In this document: one piece after another, positions 31,303 through 42,653 of the stretch
Position numbering within the stretch: position 1 is the stretch's first letter
How the letters are laid out: every line of letters starts with the position of its first letter
Assembly (NCBI GenBank): GCA_020722985.1
Contig: DYJU01000004.1
Location: 1-58,213, forward strand
Direction of reading: 5' to 3'
Length of the DNA: 58,213 bases
Source of the DNA: Candidatus Methylomirabilis sp.
Lineage (GTDB): Bacteria; Oederibacteriota; PGYV01; DYJU01
The notes under the pieces: generated by a model
Database searches by the model: none
The model's input: the letters and a program-made list of their open reading frames with translations, nothing else
What the model was told of the DNA's origin: nothing
Made by a program: the position numbers and the translations under genes

Positions 31303-32391
31303 ATGGAAAATTTTTCTAATATTGTAAAAAAAAGTATTTTGAATATTTCGCCTTATATTCCAGGAAAACCTATAGAAGAGGTTAAAAGAGAATATGGCAT
31401 AAAAGATATAATAAAACTTGCATCAAATGAAAATCCTTTAGGTCCTTCTAAACTCGCATTAGAAGGTATAAAGAAAAAATTAAAAGATTTAAATTTATAT
31501 CCTGAAAGTTCTGTTTATTATTTGCGGTCTGCACTTTCTGAACATCTCAAAGTAAAAGAAGATATGTTAATGTTTGGAAATGGTTCAAATGAACTGGAAC
31601 AGTTAATAGCAGAAATATTTGTGGAACCCGGAGATGAAGTTATGTTTTCATCACTTTCTTTTGTTGTGTATTCAATAGTAACCGATATAGTGGGTGGAAT
31701 TCCAATTCAGATCCCACATAAAAATTTTAGACATGATATAGAAAGATTTATTGAAAAATTATCGGGAAAAACAAAATTAGTTTTTCTTTGCAATCCGAAT
31801 AATCCGACAGGAACAATAATAACAAAAGAAGAATTTGAAAAATTTATGCAAAATGTTAGCGAAAAGACAATAGTGGTTTTAGATGAAGCATATTTTGAAT
31901 ATGTTTATGATAAAAATTATCCTGATGGAATTACGTATCTTTCAAAATATAAAAATTTAATTGTCCTTAGAACTTTTTCTAAAATATATGGACTTGCAGG
32001 TTTAAGAATAGGTTATGGTATAGCAGATTCTGAAATAGTAAATTTTATTGATCGTGTCAGACCACCTTTTAATGTCAATTCCCTTGCCCAGGTTGCTGCT
32101 TTATATGCGTTAAAGGATAATACGCATATAAAAAAAACAATAAAAATAAATAATACTGGAAAAAAATTTTTAGAAAAAGAATTTGAAAAATTAAAAATAG
32201 AATATGTAAAATCCCATACGAATTTTATTTTTGTTAAATTTAAATACGGCAGTAAATATGTTTTTGAAGAATTATTAAAAAAAGGCATCATCATAAGACC
32301 TTTTTTTGATAATTATGCCAGGATAACTATTGGCAAAATGGATGAAAATAAAAGATTGATAAAAGAACTAAAAAAAATTTTAGAAAAATAA
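31303..32391 (+). CDS. hisC: Histidinol-phosphate/aromatic aminotransferase
   Basis: [34 protein letters not shown]. Confidence 0.94.
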   Translation: MENFSNIVKKSILNISPYIPGKPIEEVKREYGIKDIIKLASNENPLGPSKLALEGIKKKLKDLNLYPESSVYYLRSALSEHLKVKEDMLMFGNGSNELEQLIAEIFVEPGDEVMFSSLSFVVYSIVTDIVGGIPIQIPHKNFRHDIERFIEKLSGKTKLVFLCNPNNPTGTIITKEEFEKFMQNVSEKTIVVLDEAYFEYVYDKNYPDGITYLSKYKNLIVLRTFSKIYGLAGLRIGYGIADSEIVNFIDRVRPPFNVNSLAQVAALYALKDNTHIKKTIKINNTGKKFLEKEFEKLKIEYVKSHTNFIFVKFKYGSKYVFEELLKKGIIIRPFFDNYARITIGKMDENKRLIKELKKILEK

Positions 32392-32407
32392 AGCAAGGAG
32401 GAAAACA

Positions 32408-33421
32408 ATGATAATTGTATTAAAACCAAAGACTAAAAGCAAAGATTTAAAGCATCTTATTTCAAAAATCAAGGAATATAAACTTATTCCACATATTTCA
32501 AAAGGTAAAGAAAGAACAATAATTGGTGTTATAGGAGATGAAAGAGTTTTACAGACAGTATCTTTAGAAAGTTTTTCCTGTGTTGAAAAAGTTATGCAGA
32601 TTTTAAAACCATATAAATTAGCAAGTAAAGATTTTAAAAGCACACCAACACTTGTTAAAGTAGGAGATTATTTTATAGGAGGAAAACAGGTTATTTTAAT
32701 AGCAGGTCCATGTTCTGTGGAAGGTAGAGAAAAATTCTTAAAAGCCGCTAAAATGGTAAAAGAAGCAGGTGCGCATATACTGAGAGGTGGAGCATTTAAA
32801 CCAAGAACTTCGCCATACTCTTTTCAGGGATTAGGAGAAGAAGGATTAAAAATACTTGCAGAAGCAAGGGATATTTTTAATATGCCTGTTGTTACAGAAG
32901 TTTTAGATACAAGGCATGTTGAACTGGTAAATAGATATGCTGATATGTTTCAAATAGGTGCAAGAAATATGCAGAATTTTGAACTTTTAAAAGAGGTGGG
33001 CAAAACAAATAAACCAGTTCTTTTAAAAAGAGGACTTATGGCAACCGTAGAAGAATGGTTAATGTCAGCTGAATACATATTGTCAAATGGAAATATGAAT
33101 GTGGTTTTGTGTGAAAGGGGAATCAGAACATTTGAAAAGGCAACGAGAAATACACTGGATTTATCAACTGTTCCTTTGATAAAAGAACTTTCACATCTTC
33201 CTATAATTATTGATCCTTCGCACGGGACTGGAAAGAAAAAATTAATTCCAGCAATGGCAAGAGCGGCAGTTGCAGCAGGAGCAGATGGTTTAACTATAGA
33301 AGTGCATCCAAATCCTGCTGAAGCATTATCAGATGGTGATCAGTCGCTTTTGCCGTCAGAGTATTCTAAACTGGTAAAAGAAGTAGAAAAGATAGCAAAG
33401 GCAATAGACAGGAAAATATAA
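32408..33421 (+). CDS. aroF: DAHP synthase, class I-beta with N-terminal regulatory domain
   Basis: [30 protein letters not shown]. Confidence 0.96.
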   Translation: MIIVLKPKTKSKDLKHLISKIKEYKLIPHISKGKERTIIGVIGDERVLQTVSLESFSCVEKVMQILKPYKLASKDFKSTPTLVKVGDYFIGGKQVILIAGPCSVEGREKFLKAAKMVKEAGAHILRGGAFKPRTSPYSFQGLGEEGLKILAEARDIFNMPVVTEVLDTRHVELVNRYADMFQIGARNMQNFELLKEVGKTNKPVLLKRGLMATVEEWLMSAEYILSNGNMNVVLCERGIRTFEKATRNTLDLSTVPLIKELSHLPIIIDPSHGTGKKKLIPAMARAAVAAGADGLTIEVHPNPAEALSDGDQSLLPSEYSKLVKEVEKIAKAIDRKI

Positions 33422-33445
33422 CTTTTTTTTATTTAAGGATAAAAA

Positions 33446-34297
33446 ATGAAATTCAAATTTGATAAAGTAACAATTTTAGGAATGGGATTAATGGGTGGAA
33501 GTTTAGGAAAAACTTTACTTAAAGATAAAATTGCAAAACAGGTTATGGGCTGGGGAAGAAATATAAAAAAATTAAAAAAAGCAATATTAAAAAACGCAGC
33601 TACAAAAGTTACAACTGATATAAAAGAAGCGGTTAAAGATGCGGATATTGTTTTAATTTCGCTTCCAGTTTCATTAATTCCTGAATATTTTAAGAAAATA
33701 AATCCATATTTAAAAAGCGATTGTTTGGTTACCGATATAGGAAGCATCAAAGAAAAAATTGTAAGAGAAATAAAAAAAATTGATAAAAAGCATCTTTTCA
33801 TAGGTTCTCATCCAATGGTTGGTTCTGAAAAAAAAGGAATTGACAACATAATGGACAATTTATATAAAGACGGAGTATGTATTATTACGATGGATAATAA
33901 TACAGATAAAAATAAATTAAATTTTTTAAAATTATTCTGGAAAAAAATAGGAATGCGGTTAGTTATATTAAGTCCTTCAGATCATGATAAATATATGGCT
34001 GGCATAAGTCATTTTCCACATCTTTTAGTATATTTACTTATATTACTTCAAAAAGATAATATAGCAAAAAGAAAAATTATTATAGGTAAAGGTTTTTTAG
34101 ATACAACACGGATAGCAGCATCAGGTGAAGAAATATGGACAGATATTTTTATGGATAATAAAGAGAATGTGTTGAATGAAATAAAAAAATATATAAAAGA
34201 GTTAAACAGATTTAAATTATTATTAGAGAAAAATGAAAAAATTAAAATTAAAAAGATATTAAAAAAAGCAAAATTATTAAGGGAACAACTAAAATGA
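33446..34297 (+). CDS. tyrA: Prephenate/arogenate dehydrogenase
   Basis: GMGLMGGS, DIGSIK, HPMVG, HD...ISHFPH, DTTRIA. Confidence 0.94.
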   Translation: MKFKFDKVTILGMGLMGGSLGKTLLKDKIAKQVMGWGRNIKKLKKAILKNAATKVTTDIKEAVKDADIVLISLPVSLIPEYFKKINPYLKSDCLVTDIGSIKEKIVREIKKIDKKHLFIGSHPMVGSEKKGIDNIMDNLYKDGVCIITMDNNTDKNKLNFLKLFWKKIGMRLVILSPSDHDKYMAGISHFPHLLVYLLILLQKDNIAKRKIIIGKGFLDTTRIAASGEEIWTDIFMDNKENVLNEIKKYIKELNRFKLLLEKNEKIKIKKILKKAKLLREQLK

Positions 34298-35574
34298 AGA
34301 AGATACATATTTCATCTAAAGAAAATTGTGTAAAGAAAATAGAGGTTCAGGGAGATAAATCAATTTCTCACAGGGCAATCATAATAGGGAGTATTGCAGA
34401 TGGAATAACAAGGATAGAAAATTTTTTAGAAGCAGAAGATACTTTGAATACAGTTAATATATTCAGACAATTAGGAGTAAAAATTGTAAAAACAGGAAAA
34501 AATTATTATATATACGGAAATGGATTATATTCGTTAAGAGAACCAACCGAAACATTATATGTAGGTAATTCTGGAACAGCGATACGTTTGATTTTAGGAA
34601 TTTTAGCAGCACAGCCGTTTACCTCAACTATAACAGGAGACACACAGATTATAAAAAGACCAATGGCAAGGGTTATTGAGCCGCTTACAATGATGGGAGC
34701 AAAATTTGTGAGTAATAATGGTTATGCTCCCGTAAAAGTTCAGGGTAATAATTTAAACGGGATTACTTATAAAATGCCGGTTGCAAGCGCTCAGGTAAAA
34801 TCAAGTATTTTACTTGCTGCCTTATACGCCAGCAGTGTAACTGAAATAATTGAACCAATGAAATCAAGAGATCATACAGAAAGACTGTTAAAATATTTTG
34901 GGGCAAAAATTATTACAGGTAAGAAAAGCATTAAACTTTTTCCGGGAAGCAAACTTAAAGGGGAAAAAATTTTTATTCCTGGTGATATTTCTTCTGCAGC
35001 ATTTTTTATAATATCTGGGTTACTTATGAAAAAATCAAAAATTACCATAAAAAATGTCAATATAAATCCTACCCGAACTGGCATCATAGATATCGTAAAA
35101 AAAATGGGTGGAAAAATTAAAATAAAAAATAAAAAAAATATTAATAATGAACCTGTTGGAGATATTGAAGTTTCATCTTCAAAATTAAAAGGAACAGTTA
35201 TAAAAGGAGATATTATTCCACGCTTAATAGATGAGATACCAGTAATTTCAATTGCTGCGGCTTTTGCAAAAGGTAAAACAGTTATCAGTGATGCAAAGGA
35301 ATTAAGGGTAAAAGAAACAGATAGGATAAAAACAATGATAAAAAATTTCAAAAGGATAGGAATAAAGGTTGTAGAAAAAGAAGATGGAATGATAATTTGG
35401 GGTAATGATGGCACACCATTTAAATACGCAGATATAGATTCATTTTCCGATCATAGAATTGCAATGGCTTTTTCTGTGGCTGCTTTAGTTAGTGATAATG
35501 GTTTACTTATTAAGGATATTGAATGTGTTAATACTTCTTTTCCCGAATTTTTTAATATTATAAATAGTTTATAA
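34294..35574 (+). CDS. aroA: EPSP synthase
   Basis: DKSISHR, GNSGT, SAQVKS, RDHTE, KETDRI, DHRIAM. Confidence 0.97.
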   Translation: MKKIHISSKENCVKKIEVQGDKSISHRAIIIGSIADGITRIENFLEAEDTLNTVNIFRQLGVKIVKTGKNYYIYGNGLYSLREPTETLYVGNSGTAIRLILGILAAQPFTSTITGDTQIIKRPMARVIEPLTMMGAKFVSNNGYAPVKVQGNNLNGITYKMPVASAQVKSSILLAALYASSVTEIIEPMKSRDHTERLLKYFGAKIITGKKSIKLFPGSKLKGEKIFIPGDISSAAFFIISGLLMKKSKITIKNVNINPTRTGIIDIVKKMGGKIKIKNKKNINNEPVGDIEVSSSKLKGTVIKGDIIPRLIDEIPVISIAAAFAKGKTVISDAKELRVKETDRIKTMIKNFKRIGIKVVEKEDGMIIWGNDGTPFKYADIDSFSDHRIAMAFSVAALVSDNGLLIKDIECVNTSFPEFFNIINSL

Positions 35575-35577
35575 TAT

Positions 35578-36243
35578 ATGAAATTTTTTGAAAAAATAAT
35601 TGAATTTATAATTTACTGGACAGGAAAAATAAGTTTTTATGTTCTTTTTAAAGTTTTTTATAGATTAAAGGTAATAGACGCAGAAAATATTCCAGATAAA
35701 GGTGGAGTGATTATTGCTTCTAACCATGCAAGTTTTTTAGATCCGCCGCTTTTGGGAATTGCAGCATGGAAAAGGAGATGCGTTTTTATGGCAAGGCATA
35801 CTTTATTTAGAAATAAAATAGTTAGTTTTATCCTAAAAAAATGGGGCTCTTTTCCTATAAAACGTGGAACCATAGATAGAACTGCATTGGCTGAATTTGA
35901 AGATAAAGTAAAAGAAGGATATGCAGCTGTTTTTTTTCCAGAAGGAACAAGAACCGAAGATGGAGAAATAAAACAGGGCAAACCAGGTTCTGGCATGCTT
36001 ATATATAATTCAAAAGCAAAGGTTATTCCTGCTTATATTCATAATACTTATAAAGCATTTTCAAAAAAGATGAAATTGCCTAAAGTATTTGTGCCCGTTA
36101 CTGTTATTTTCGGTAAACCAATAGATTTTAATGATTATTTTAAGAAAGATGCAAAAAAAGAAACTTATGAAGAGATAACAAAAGTTTTAATGGATGAAAT
36201 AATAAAGATTAAAAGTAATTTTTTACAGGAATGGGAAAAGTGA
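35578..36243 (+). CDS. plsC: 1-acyl-sn-glycerol-3-phosphate acyltransferase
   Basis: NHASFLD, FPEGTR. Confidence 0.92.
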   Translation: MKFFEKIIEFIIYWTGKISFYVLFKVFYRLKVIDAENIPDKGGVIIASNHASFLDPPLLGIAAWKRRCVFMARHTLFRNKIVSFILKKWGSFPIKRGTIDRTALAEFEDKVKEGYAAVFFPEGTRTEDGEIKQGKPGSGMLIYNSKAKVIPAYIHNTYKAFSKKMKLPKVFVPVTVIFGKPIDFNDYFKKDAKKETYEEITKVLMDEIIKIKSNFLQEWEK

Positions 36244-37109
36244 AAATAATAGTTGCACAAAATGCAGGTTTTTGTTTTGGTGTAAAAAGAGCAATAGAGA
36301 TTGCTTTTGAAAATGTTAATAGTAAAAAAGGTAAAAAGATAAAAATGTTACGTGAAATAATTCATAACGCCATAGAAGTAAAAAAAATTAAAGATGCAGG
36401 CGTTAAATGTGTAAATAAAATTGATGATGTAAAACCTGGTGATTCTGTAATTGTGAGTGCGCATGGTATAACTTTAAATGAAGAAAAAATTTTAAGAGGA
36501 AAAAATGCAAGGATAATTGATACAATTTGTCCTTATGTAAAAAGAATACATAATATCGTAAAAGTTTTAAATCTTGAAAATTATCAGGTTGTAGTAATTG
36601 GAGATAAAGAACATTATGAAGTAAAAGGAATAACAGGACATTCGGGACAGAATACCATAATTATAAGTTCTAAAGAAGATTTAAAGAATGTTAAATTTGA
36701 TAAAAAAATAGGAATTGTTTCGCAAACAACCCAAAATATTGAATTATTTAAAGAACTTGTAAATTATATACTGGATGCTGCTTTAAAACAGGGTATATCA
36801 GAAGTTAAAATTTTTAACACAATCTGTGATGCGACGTATAAAAGGCAGGAAGAAACAAAAAGTATTGCAAAACAGGTAGATATTATGATAATAATAGGAG
36901 GTAAAAATAGTGCAAATACCAAACGATTATATGATATATGCAAAGAGATTTTAAATGATGTTTATTTTATAGAATCTGAAAAAGAACTAAAAAAGACCTG
37001 GTTTAAAAATAAAAACATAGTTGGAGTAAGCGCTGGCGCTTCAACATCAGAATACTCTATTAAAAATGTTGTAAAAAAAATTAAATCATATGATGGAGAA
37101 AAACAATAA
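36231..37109 (+). CDS. ispH: 4-hydroxy-3-methylbut-2-enyl diphosphate reductase
   Basis: GFCFGV, TICP.V, QTT, NTICDAT..RQ, SAN, AGAS. Confidence 0.96.
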   Translation: MGKVKIIVAQNAGFCFGVKRAIEIAFENVNSKKGKKIKMLREIIHNAIEVKKIKDAGVKCVNKIDDVKPGDSVIVSAHGITLNEEKILRGKNARIIDTICPYVKRIHNIVKVLNLENYQVVVIGDKEHYEVKGITGHSGQNTIIISSKEDLKNVKFDKKIGIVSQTTQNIELFKELVNYILDAALKQGISEVKIFNTICDATYKRQEETKSIAKQVDIMIIIGGKNSANTKRLYDICKEILNDVYFIESEKELKKTWFKNKNIVGVSAGASTSEYSIKNVVKKIKSYDGEKQ

Positions 37110-38730
37110 TATGCAGAATAAAGATTTTAATTATCAAAATATAAAGGAAGGAAGTATTGTAAAAGGTAAAATAATAAGAAAAGAACAGGGCAAAATCTAT
37201 GTTGATATTAATTATAAAACAGAAGGATTAATCCCGGATGAAGAAACAAAAAAATATGATTATTACGATAAAATAAACGAAGGCGAAGAAATAGAAGTTA
37301 TGGTGAGAAATTTAAAAACAGATGATGGGCTTGTTTTACTTTCAAAGATTATAGTTGATAAAAGAAATGTTTTTTTTAATATTAAAAAAGCATATAAAGA
37401 AAAATATTATATAAAAGGGAAAGTTATAAGATCTATAAAGGGCGGTTATATTGTGGATTTAGGCGCAAATATAACTGCGTTTTTGCCGATGTCGCATACA
37501 AAATTTTATAACGGAGATATTTTAAATAAAGAATTAAATTTTAAAATAATACAATTAGATGAAATGAGGAAAAATATTGTTATTTCATACAAGGATTATT
37601 TTATTGAAAAACAGAAAAAAGATCAGGAAGAAATAAAAAACCTATTTCCATTAAATGAAAAAATAAAGGTTTTAATAAAGGAAATAAAAGAGGATGGGAT
37701 AATTATTACAAAAGATAATAAAGAGGTTTTTATTTATAAATCTGAAATTTCATGGAATCCTTATAAAAAATTTAGTGAAAAATTTAAGGCTGGCGAAGAG
37801 ATAGAAACTTTTGTTATAAATAATTCTTCTGAGAAAATATTATTAAGCATAAAAAGATTAAAAGAAAATCCATATAAAAAATTTATTGAAATTCATAAGC
37901 AGGGAGAAAAATTAGATGTAAGAATTAAAGAAATTATGGAGGATAAAATAATAGTTGCCTTAACTGATGAGGTATATGGCATCATACCAAAAGAAGAAAT
38001 TTCATATCTTAAAAAGATAAATAATTTATCGGATTTATATAAAATTGATGAAGAAGTAAAGGCAGTCATTTTAAAATATGATGAAAAGACAAATACAATT
38101 TTTTTGAGTATAAAACGATGCTTTGAAAATCCATGGAATAAAATGGAAGAAAGATATCCTCCGGGCGCAAGAGTAATAGGGGTTGTTAAAAAAATTATTG
38201 AAGGGCAGGGAATTGAAGTGGAATTAGAAGAAAATATTGATGCTTTTGTAAATATCAAAGATGTATCTTGGTTTAATTTCAACAAAATTGAAGAGATTAT
38301 AAAAATTGGTGAAAAAAAAGAATTTAAGATACTTGAAATTAATAAAAATAAGTTTAAATTAATTTTGGGGTTAAAACAGTTATCTTTAAATCCATGGAAT
38401 AGTTTTTTAAATAAATATAAAGAGGGAATGTTAATTGATGTTAAGATACTGGATTTTGATAATGATGAGATTTTATGTCAGATAATAGAGGGGGTAAATG
38501 GTAAACTATCTTTAAAAACAAAAAATATTAATTTTAAAAAGGGAGATATAATAAAAGCAAAAATTATGAGAATTGATAAAGAAAATAAAAAAGTCTTTTT
38601 AATTTCACAGGAAATTGAAAAATCTGAAGAAAAAAAACAACTTGATGAATATATAAAAACACACGAACATTCTTTTAAAATGAATGACATTATAAATTTT
38701 GAAAACGTAAACAAAGAAGATAAAAAATGA
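37090..38730 (+). CDS. rpsA: Ribosomal protein S1-like multi-S1-domain protein (divergent)
   Basis: VDINYKTEG, GGYIVDL..AFLP.S, repeated LSIKRL..NPW; directly follows ispH. Confidence 0.85.
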   Translation: MMEKNNNMQNKDFNYQNIKEGSIVKGKIIRKEQGKIYVDINYKTEGLIPDEETKKYDYYDKINEGEEIEVMVRNLKTDDGLVLLSKIIVDKRNVFFNIKKAYKEKYYIKGKVIRSIKGGYIVDLGANITAFLPMSHTKFYNGDILNKELNFKIIQLDEMRKNIVISYKDYFIEKQKKDQEEIKNLFPLNEKIKVLIKEIKEDGIIITKDNKEVFIYKSEISWNPYKKFSEKFKAGEEIETFVINNSSEKILLSIKRLKENPYKKFIEIHKQGEKLDVRIKEIMEDKIIVALTDEVYGIIPKEEISYLKKINNLSDLYKIDEEVKAVILKYDEKTNTIFLSIKRCFENPWNKMEERYPPGARVIGVVKKIIEGQGIEVELEENIDAFVNIKDVSWFNFNKIEEIIKIGEKKEFKILEINKNKFKLILGLKQLSLNPWNSFLNKYKEGMLIDVKILDFDNDEILCQIIEGVNGKLSLKTKNINFKKGDIIKAKIMRIDKENKKVFLISQEIEKSEEKKQLDEYIKTHEHSFKMNDIINFENVNKEDKK

Positions 38731-39371
38731 AAGAGATAAATATTCCTAAAACAACCATAAACAGGTTATCATTATATCTTAAATGTTTTATTGAACTATC
38801 GGAATCAAAAATTAATTTTATATCATCCAGTGAACTTGCAAATTTTATTGGATTAAATCCTGCTCAGGTTAGAAAGGATCTTTCTTATTTTGGAAAATTT
38901 GGCAGGCGGGGTCTTGGATATAATGTGGAAATTTTACGCCACAAAATATCAGAAATTTTAGGAACACAAAAATTATGGAAAGTTGCAATAATAGGAATAG
39001 GAAATTTAGGAAGAGCATTACTCACCTATGCTGGATTTAAGGATAGAGGATTTAAAATAGTTGCTGGTTTTGATAATGCACCAGATAAAATAGGCTGGGA
39101 AATAGATGGAATAAAAATATATAGTATTGAAGAATTGGAAAAAATAATAAAAAAAGAGAAAATAGAACTTATAATATTAACAACTCCTAAATCTGCTGTG
39201 CAGGAAATTATAAATAGACTGAAGAACATAAATGTTAAAGGTATTTTAAATTTTGCTGGAAAATATTTATTAGCCGATGAAAAATTAAAAATAAGAAATG
39301 TTGATATCTCACTTGAACTTGAACAGTTAACTTTTTTTATCAGCAATAGAAATTTTTATAAGCGGAGGTAA
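38727..39371 (+). CDS. rex: Redox-sensing transcriptional repressor Rex
   Basis: RL.LY, VRKDLSYFG.FG.RG.GY, GIGNLGRAL, GILNFA. Confidence 0.96.
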   Translation: MKEINIPKTTINRLSLYLKCFIELSESKINFISSSELANFIGLNPAQVRKDLSYFGKFGRRGLGYNVEILRHKISEILGTQKLWKVAIIGIGNLGRALLTYAGFKDRGFKIVAGFDNAPDKIGWEIDGIKIYSIEELEKIIKKEKIELIILTTPKSAVQEIINRLKNINVKGILNFAGKYLLADEKLKIRNVDISLELEQLTFFISNRNFYKRR

Positions 39372-39380
39372 AAAATTATA

Positions 39381-41291
39381 ATGCCAAAAATAATTTATAA
39401 AGAAAAGGAATATAAAGTAGAAAGTGGTAATTTTTTGGATTTTTTTAAAAATATTGGGGAAAAAATAGAAGACATTCTGATTGTGAAATTTAATGGAAAA
39501 CTTCTTGATTTAACTGCACAAATTTCAGAATCGGGTGAAATAGTGCCGGTTACTTTTGATAGTGAAGAAGGACGCGAGGTTTATTGGCATAGCACATCTC
39601 ATATCATGGCTGCTGCAGTAAAACGTTTATTTAAGGATGTTAAAGTTACAATAGGTCCTGCAATTTCAGAAGGTTTTTATTATGATTTTGATAGAGCAAC
39701 TCCATTTACAGAAGAAGACCTTTTAAAAATTGAAAAAGAAATGGAAAAAATAATAAAAGAAGGACATAAATTTGTCCGTGAAGAAATTGATATTGAAAAG
39801 GCAAAAGATATGTTTAAAAAGATGGGAGAAGATTATAAAATTGAAATTTTAAATGAGATAAAAGATAACAAAGTAAGTATCTATAAAACAGAAAATTTTA
39901 TTGACCTTTGCAGAGGTCCACATATTGATAATTCGGCAAAAGTAAAAAGTATAAAACTTTTGAAACTCGCAGGTGCATACTGGCGTGGTGATGAAAAAAA
40001 TAAAATGCTTCAAAGGATTTATGGTATTTCTTTTCCAGATAAAAAATTACTTGATGATTATTTAAAACGACTCGAAGAAGCCAGGCAACGCGATCATAGG
40101 AAATTAGGAAAAGAGTTAGATTTATTTTCAACCCATGATGAATTTGGACCCGGACTTATTTACTGGCATCCCAAAGGTGCAATTATAAGAAAAGAAATAG
40201 AGGATTTCTGGCGTGAGGAGCATTTAAAGAGAGGGTATGAGATTTTATATACGCCGCATGTTGCAAAGATAGACCTATGGCATAAATCAGGGCATACAAG
40301 TTTTTACAAAGAAAATATGTATCCGCCAATGCGGATGGATGAAATGGAATATCTTGTCAAACCTATGAATTGCCCTTTTCACATATTGATATATAAAACA
40401 AGTTTAAGAAGTTACAGAGAATTGCCTTTACGCTGGTGTGAATTAGGAACTGTTTACAGGTATGAAAAGTCAGGAGTTCTGCATGGTTTAATGCGAGTAA
40501 GGGGATTTACGCAGGATGATGCGCATATTTTTATGACAGAAGAACAGTTAGAGCAGGAAATAATAAATGTTATAGATATGATAACTTTTGTATTAAAAAC
40601 TTTTGGATTTTATGAATATGAAATTTTTTTAAGCACAAAACCAAAAGATTCAATAGGAGAAGCAAGGGTATGGGAACTCGCAGAAAATGCATTAAAGCAG
40701 GCATTAGCAAAGGCGGGTTTAAAGTATGACATAGACGAAGGTGGTGGAGCATTTTATGGACCAAAAATTGATATAAAAATAAAAGATGCATTAAACAGAA
40801 CATGGCAATGTTCAACAATCCAGGTTGATTTTAATATGCCGGAAAGATTTGATGTAAAATATATTGGCGAAGATGGTAAAGAACATAGAACTATAATGAT
40901 ACACAGGGCTTTACTCGGTTCTTTTGAGAGGTTTTTTGGAGTGTTGATAGAACATTACAAAGGAGCATTTCCTGTCTGGCTTTCTCCTATTCAGGTTTCA
41001 ATACTCACAATAACCGAAAGGGTAAAGGATTATGCAGAAAATATATTTAATAAATTAAAAGAAAAAAAGATAAGAATTATTTTAAATAACGCAAACGAAA
41101 CAATAGGCGCTAAAATAAGAAATTCAACTTTACAGAAAATTCCATTTATGTTAATAATAGGAGACAAAGAACAGCAAAAAAATGTAGTTTCTGTAAGAAA
41201 AAGAAGCGGTGAAGAACAAAAAGATGTAAATATTGATGATTTTTTTAATATGCTATTAAAAAAGATAGAACAAAAAGAATTAGATATATAG
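39381..41291 (+). CDS. thrS: Threonine--tRNA ligase
   Basis: HSTSH, DLCRGPH, KPMNCP, GLMRVRGFTQDD, HRALLGS.ERF. Confidence 0.98.
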   Translation: MPKIIYKEKEYKVESGNFLDFFKNIGEKIEDILIVKFNGKLLDLTAQISESGEIVPVTFDSEEGREVYWHSTSHIMAAAVKRLFKDVKVTIGPAISEGFYYDFDRATPFTEEDLLKIEKEMEKIIKEGHKFVREEIDIEKAKDMFKKMGEDYKIEILNEIKDNKVSIYKTENFIDLCRGPHIDNSAKVKSIKLLKLAGAYWRGDEKNKMLQRIYGISFPDKKLLDDYLKRLEEARQRDHRKLGKELDLFSTHDEFGPGLIYWHPKGAIIRKEIEDFWREEHLKRGYEILYTPHVAKIDLWHKSGHTSFYKENMYPPMRMDEMEYLVKPMNCPFHILIYKTSLRSYRELPLRWCELGTVYRYEKSGVLHGLMRVRGFTQDDAHIFMTEEQLEQEIINVIDMITFVLKTFGFYEYEIFLSTKPKDSIGEARVWELAENALKQALAKAGLKYDIDEGGGAFYGPKIDIKIKDALNRTWQCSTIQVDFNMPERFDVKYIGEDGKEHRTIMIHRALLGSFERFFGVLIEHYKGAFPVWLSPIQVSILTITERVKDYAENIFNKLKEKKIRIILNNANETIGAKIRNSTLQKIPFMLIIGDKEQQKNVVSVRKRSGEEQKDVNIDDFFNMLLKKIEQKELDI

Positions 41292-41294
41292 ATT

Positions 41295-42653
41295 ATGAAG
41301 AGAAATACAGAATTTGTCTGTAGTAATTGTGGTTATTCTTCCTCTAAGTGGCTCGGGAAATGTCCTTCCTGCGGTCAGTTTAATACATTTTATGAGGAAG
41401 AGATTATAGAAAAAAAAGAAGTAAGTTCATATAGAAAGTTTGAAGAAAGTAAGATAAGTTCTTTGACAGATATAGAAATAAATAAAGAGCAAAGATTAAT
41501 AACAGGGATAGAAGAATTTGATAGAGTTTTAGGCGGAGGAATTGTAAAAGGTTCTCTTATACTTATGGGTGGAGAACCAGGAGCTGGAAAATCAACTCTT
41601 GCTTTGACTGTGGCTGGTAAAATTGCAAAAAACGATAAAAAAGTACTTTATATTTCGGCAGAAGAATCAGATGCTCAGATAAAATTACGGGCAGATAGAT
41701 TGGATATAAATTCAAAGAATTTATTTTTAATAATTGAGACAGGTGTTGAAAAGATAGTTAATATTATAGAAAAAGAAAACCCGGAACTCGTTATAATTGA
41801 TTCTATTCAAACTGTTTATAAAGAAACAATAGATTCTTATGCCGGATCCGTAAATCAGGTAAGAGAAAGTTGTGCTCAGATATTATATACAGCTAAAAGG
41901 TTAAATATACCAATTCTTATAATTGGACACATAACAAAAGAAGGTATGATAGCAGGACCAAAGATATTAGAACATATGGTTGATGCGGTTCTTTATTTTG
42001 AGGCGGAAAAATATTACCAATTTAAAATACTGCGATCTGTTAAAAATCGTTTTGGTTCAGTAAATGAAATAGGAATTTTTGAGATGACATCTTCTGGACT
42101 TTTAGAGATTAAAAGTCCTTCTAAAATATTCCTTGACAACCTTCAAAAGGAAAAAGCCGGAAGTGGTATAGTGACAGTAATGGAAGGAACAAGACCACTT
42201 TTGTTAGAAATCCAGGCGTTAACATCTCGCAGAAATTTTGGCGTTCCGCAAAGAACTGTGATAGGGGTAGATTATAACAGATTTTTAATAATAATTGCTA
42301 TTTTAGAAAGGAAATTAAACCTGCATCTTGAGAATCAGGATGTTTTTGTAAATGTTTCAGGCGGAATAAGGATATTTGAAACAGCCGCAGATTTAGGCAT
42401 TGCTGCTGCCATATACTCAAGTTTTAAAAATATAAAAATACCAACCAACCTGATTTTCATTGGGGAATTAGGGCTTGATGGTGAAATAAGACCGGTGAAT
42501 TTTATGGAAGCAAGAATTTCAGAGGCTGAAAAATTAGGATTTGAAAGATGTGTTATTCCTGAAAGGGTTAAAACAGGAAACACAAAACTGGATATAATAA
42601 AGATAAAAAATATAATTGATATTTTAAATATAATAAAGAAAGGAGGTGAATGA
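41295..42653 (+). CDS. radA: DNA repair protein RadA/Sms
   Basis: CxxC..CxxC zinc finger, GEPGAGKST, KNRFG. Confidence 0.97.
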   Translation: MKRNTEFVCSNCGYSSSKWLGKCPSCGQFNTFYEEEIIEKKEVSSYRKFEESKISSLTDIEINKEQRLITGIEEFDRVLGGGIVKGSLILMGGEPGAGKSTLALTVAGKIAKNDKKVLYISAEESDAQIKLRADRLDINSKNLFLIIETGVEKIVNIIEKENPELVIIDSIQTVYKETIDSYAGSVNQVRESCAQILYTAKRLNIPILIIGHITKEGMIAGPKILEHMVDAVLYFEAEKYYQFKILRSVKNRFGSVNEIGIFEMTSSGLLEIKSPSKIFLDNLQKEKAGSGIVTVMEGTRPLLLEIQALTSRRNFGVPQRTVIGVDYNRFLIIIAILERKLNLHLENQDVFVNVSGGIRIFETAADLGIAAAIYSSFKNIKIPTNLIFIGELGLDGEIRPVNFMEARISEAEKLGFERCVIPERVKTGNTKLDIIKIKNIIDILNIIKKGGE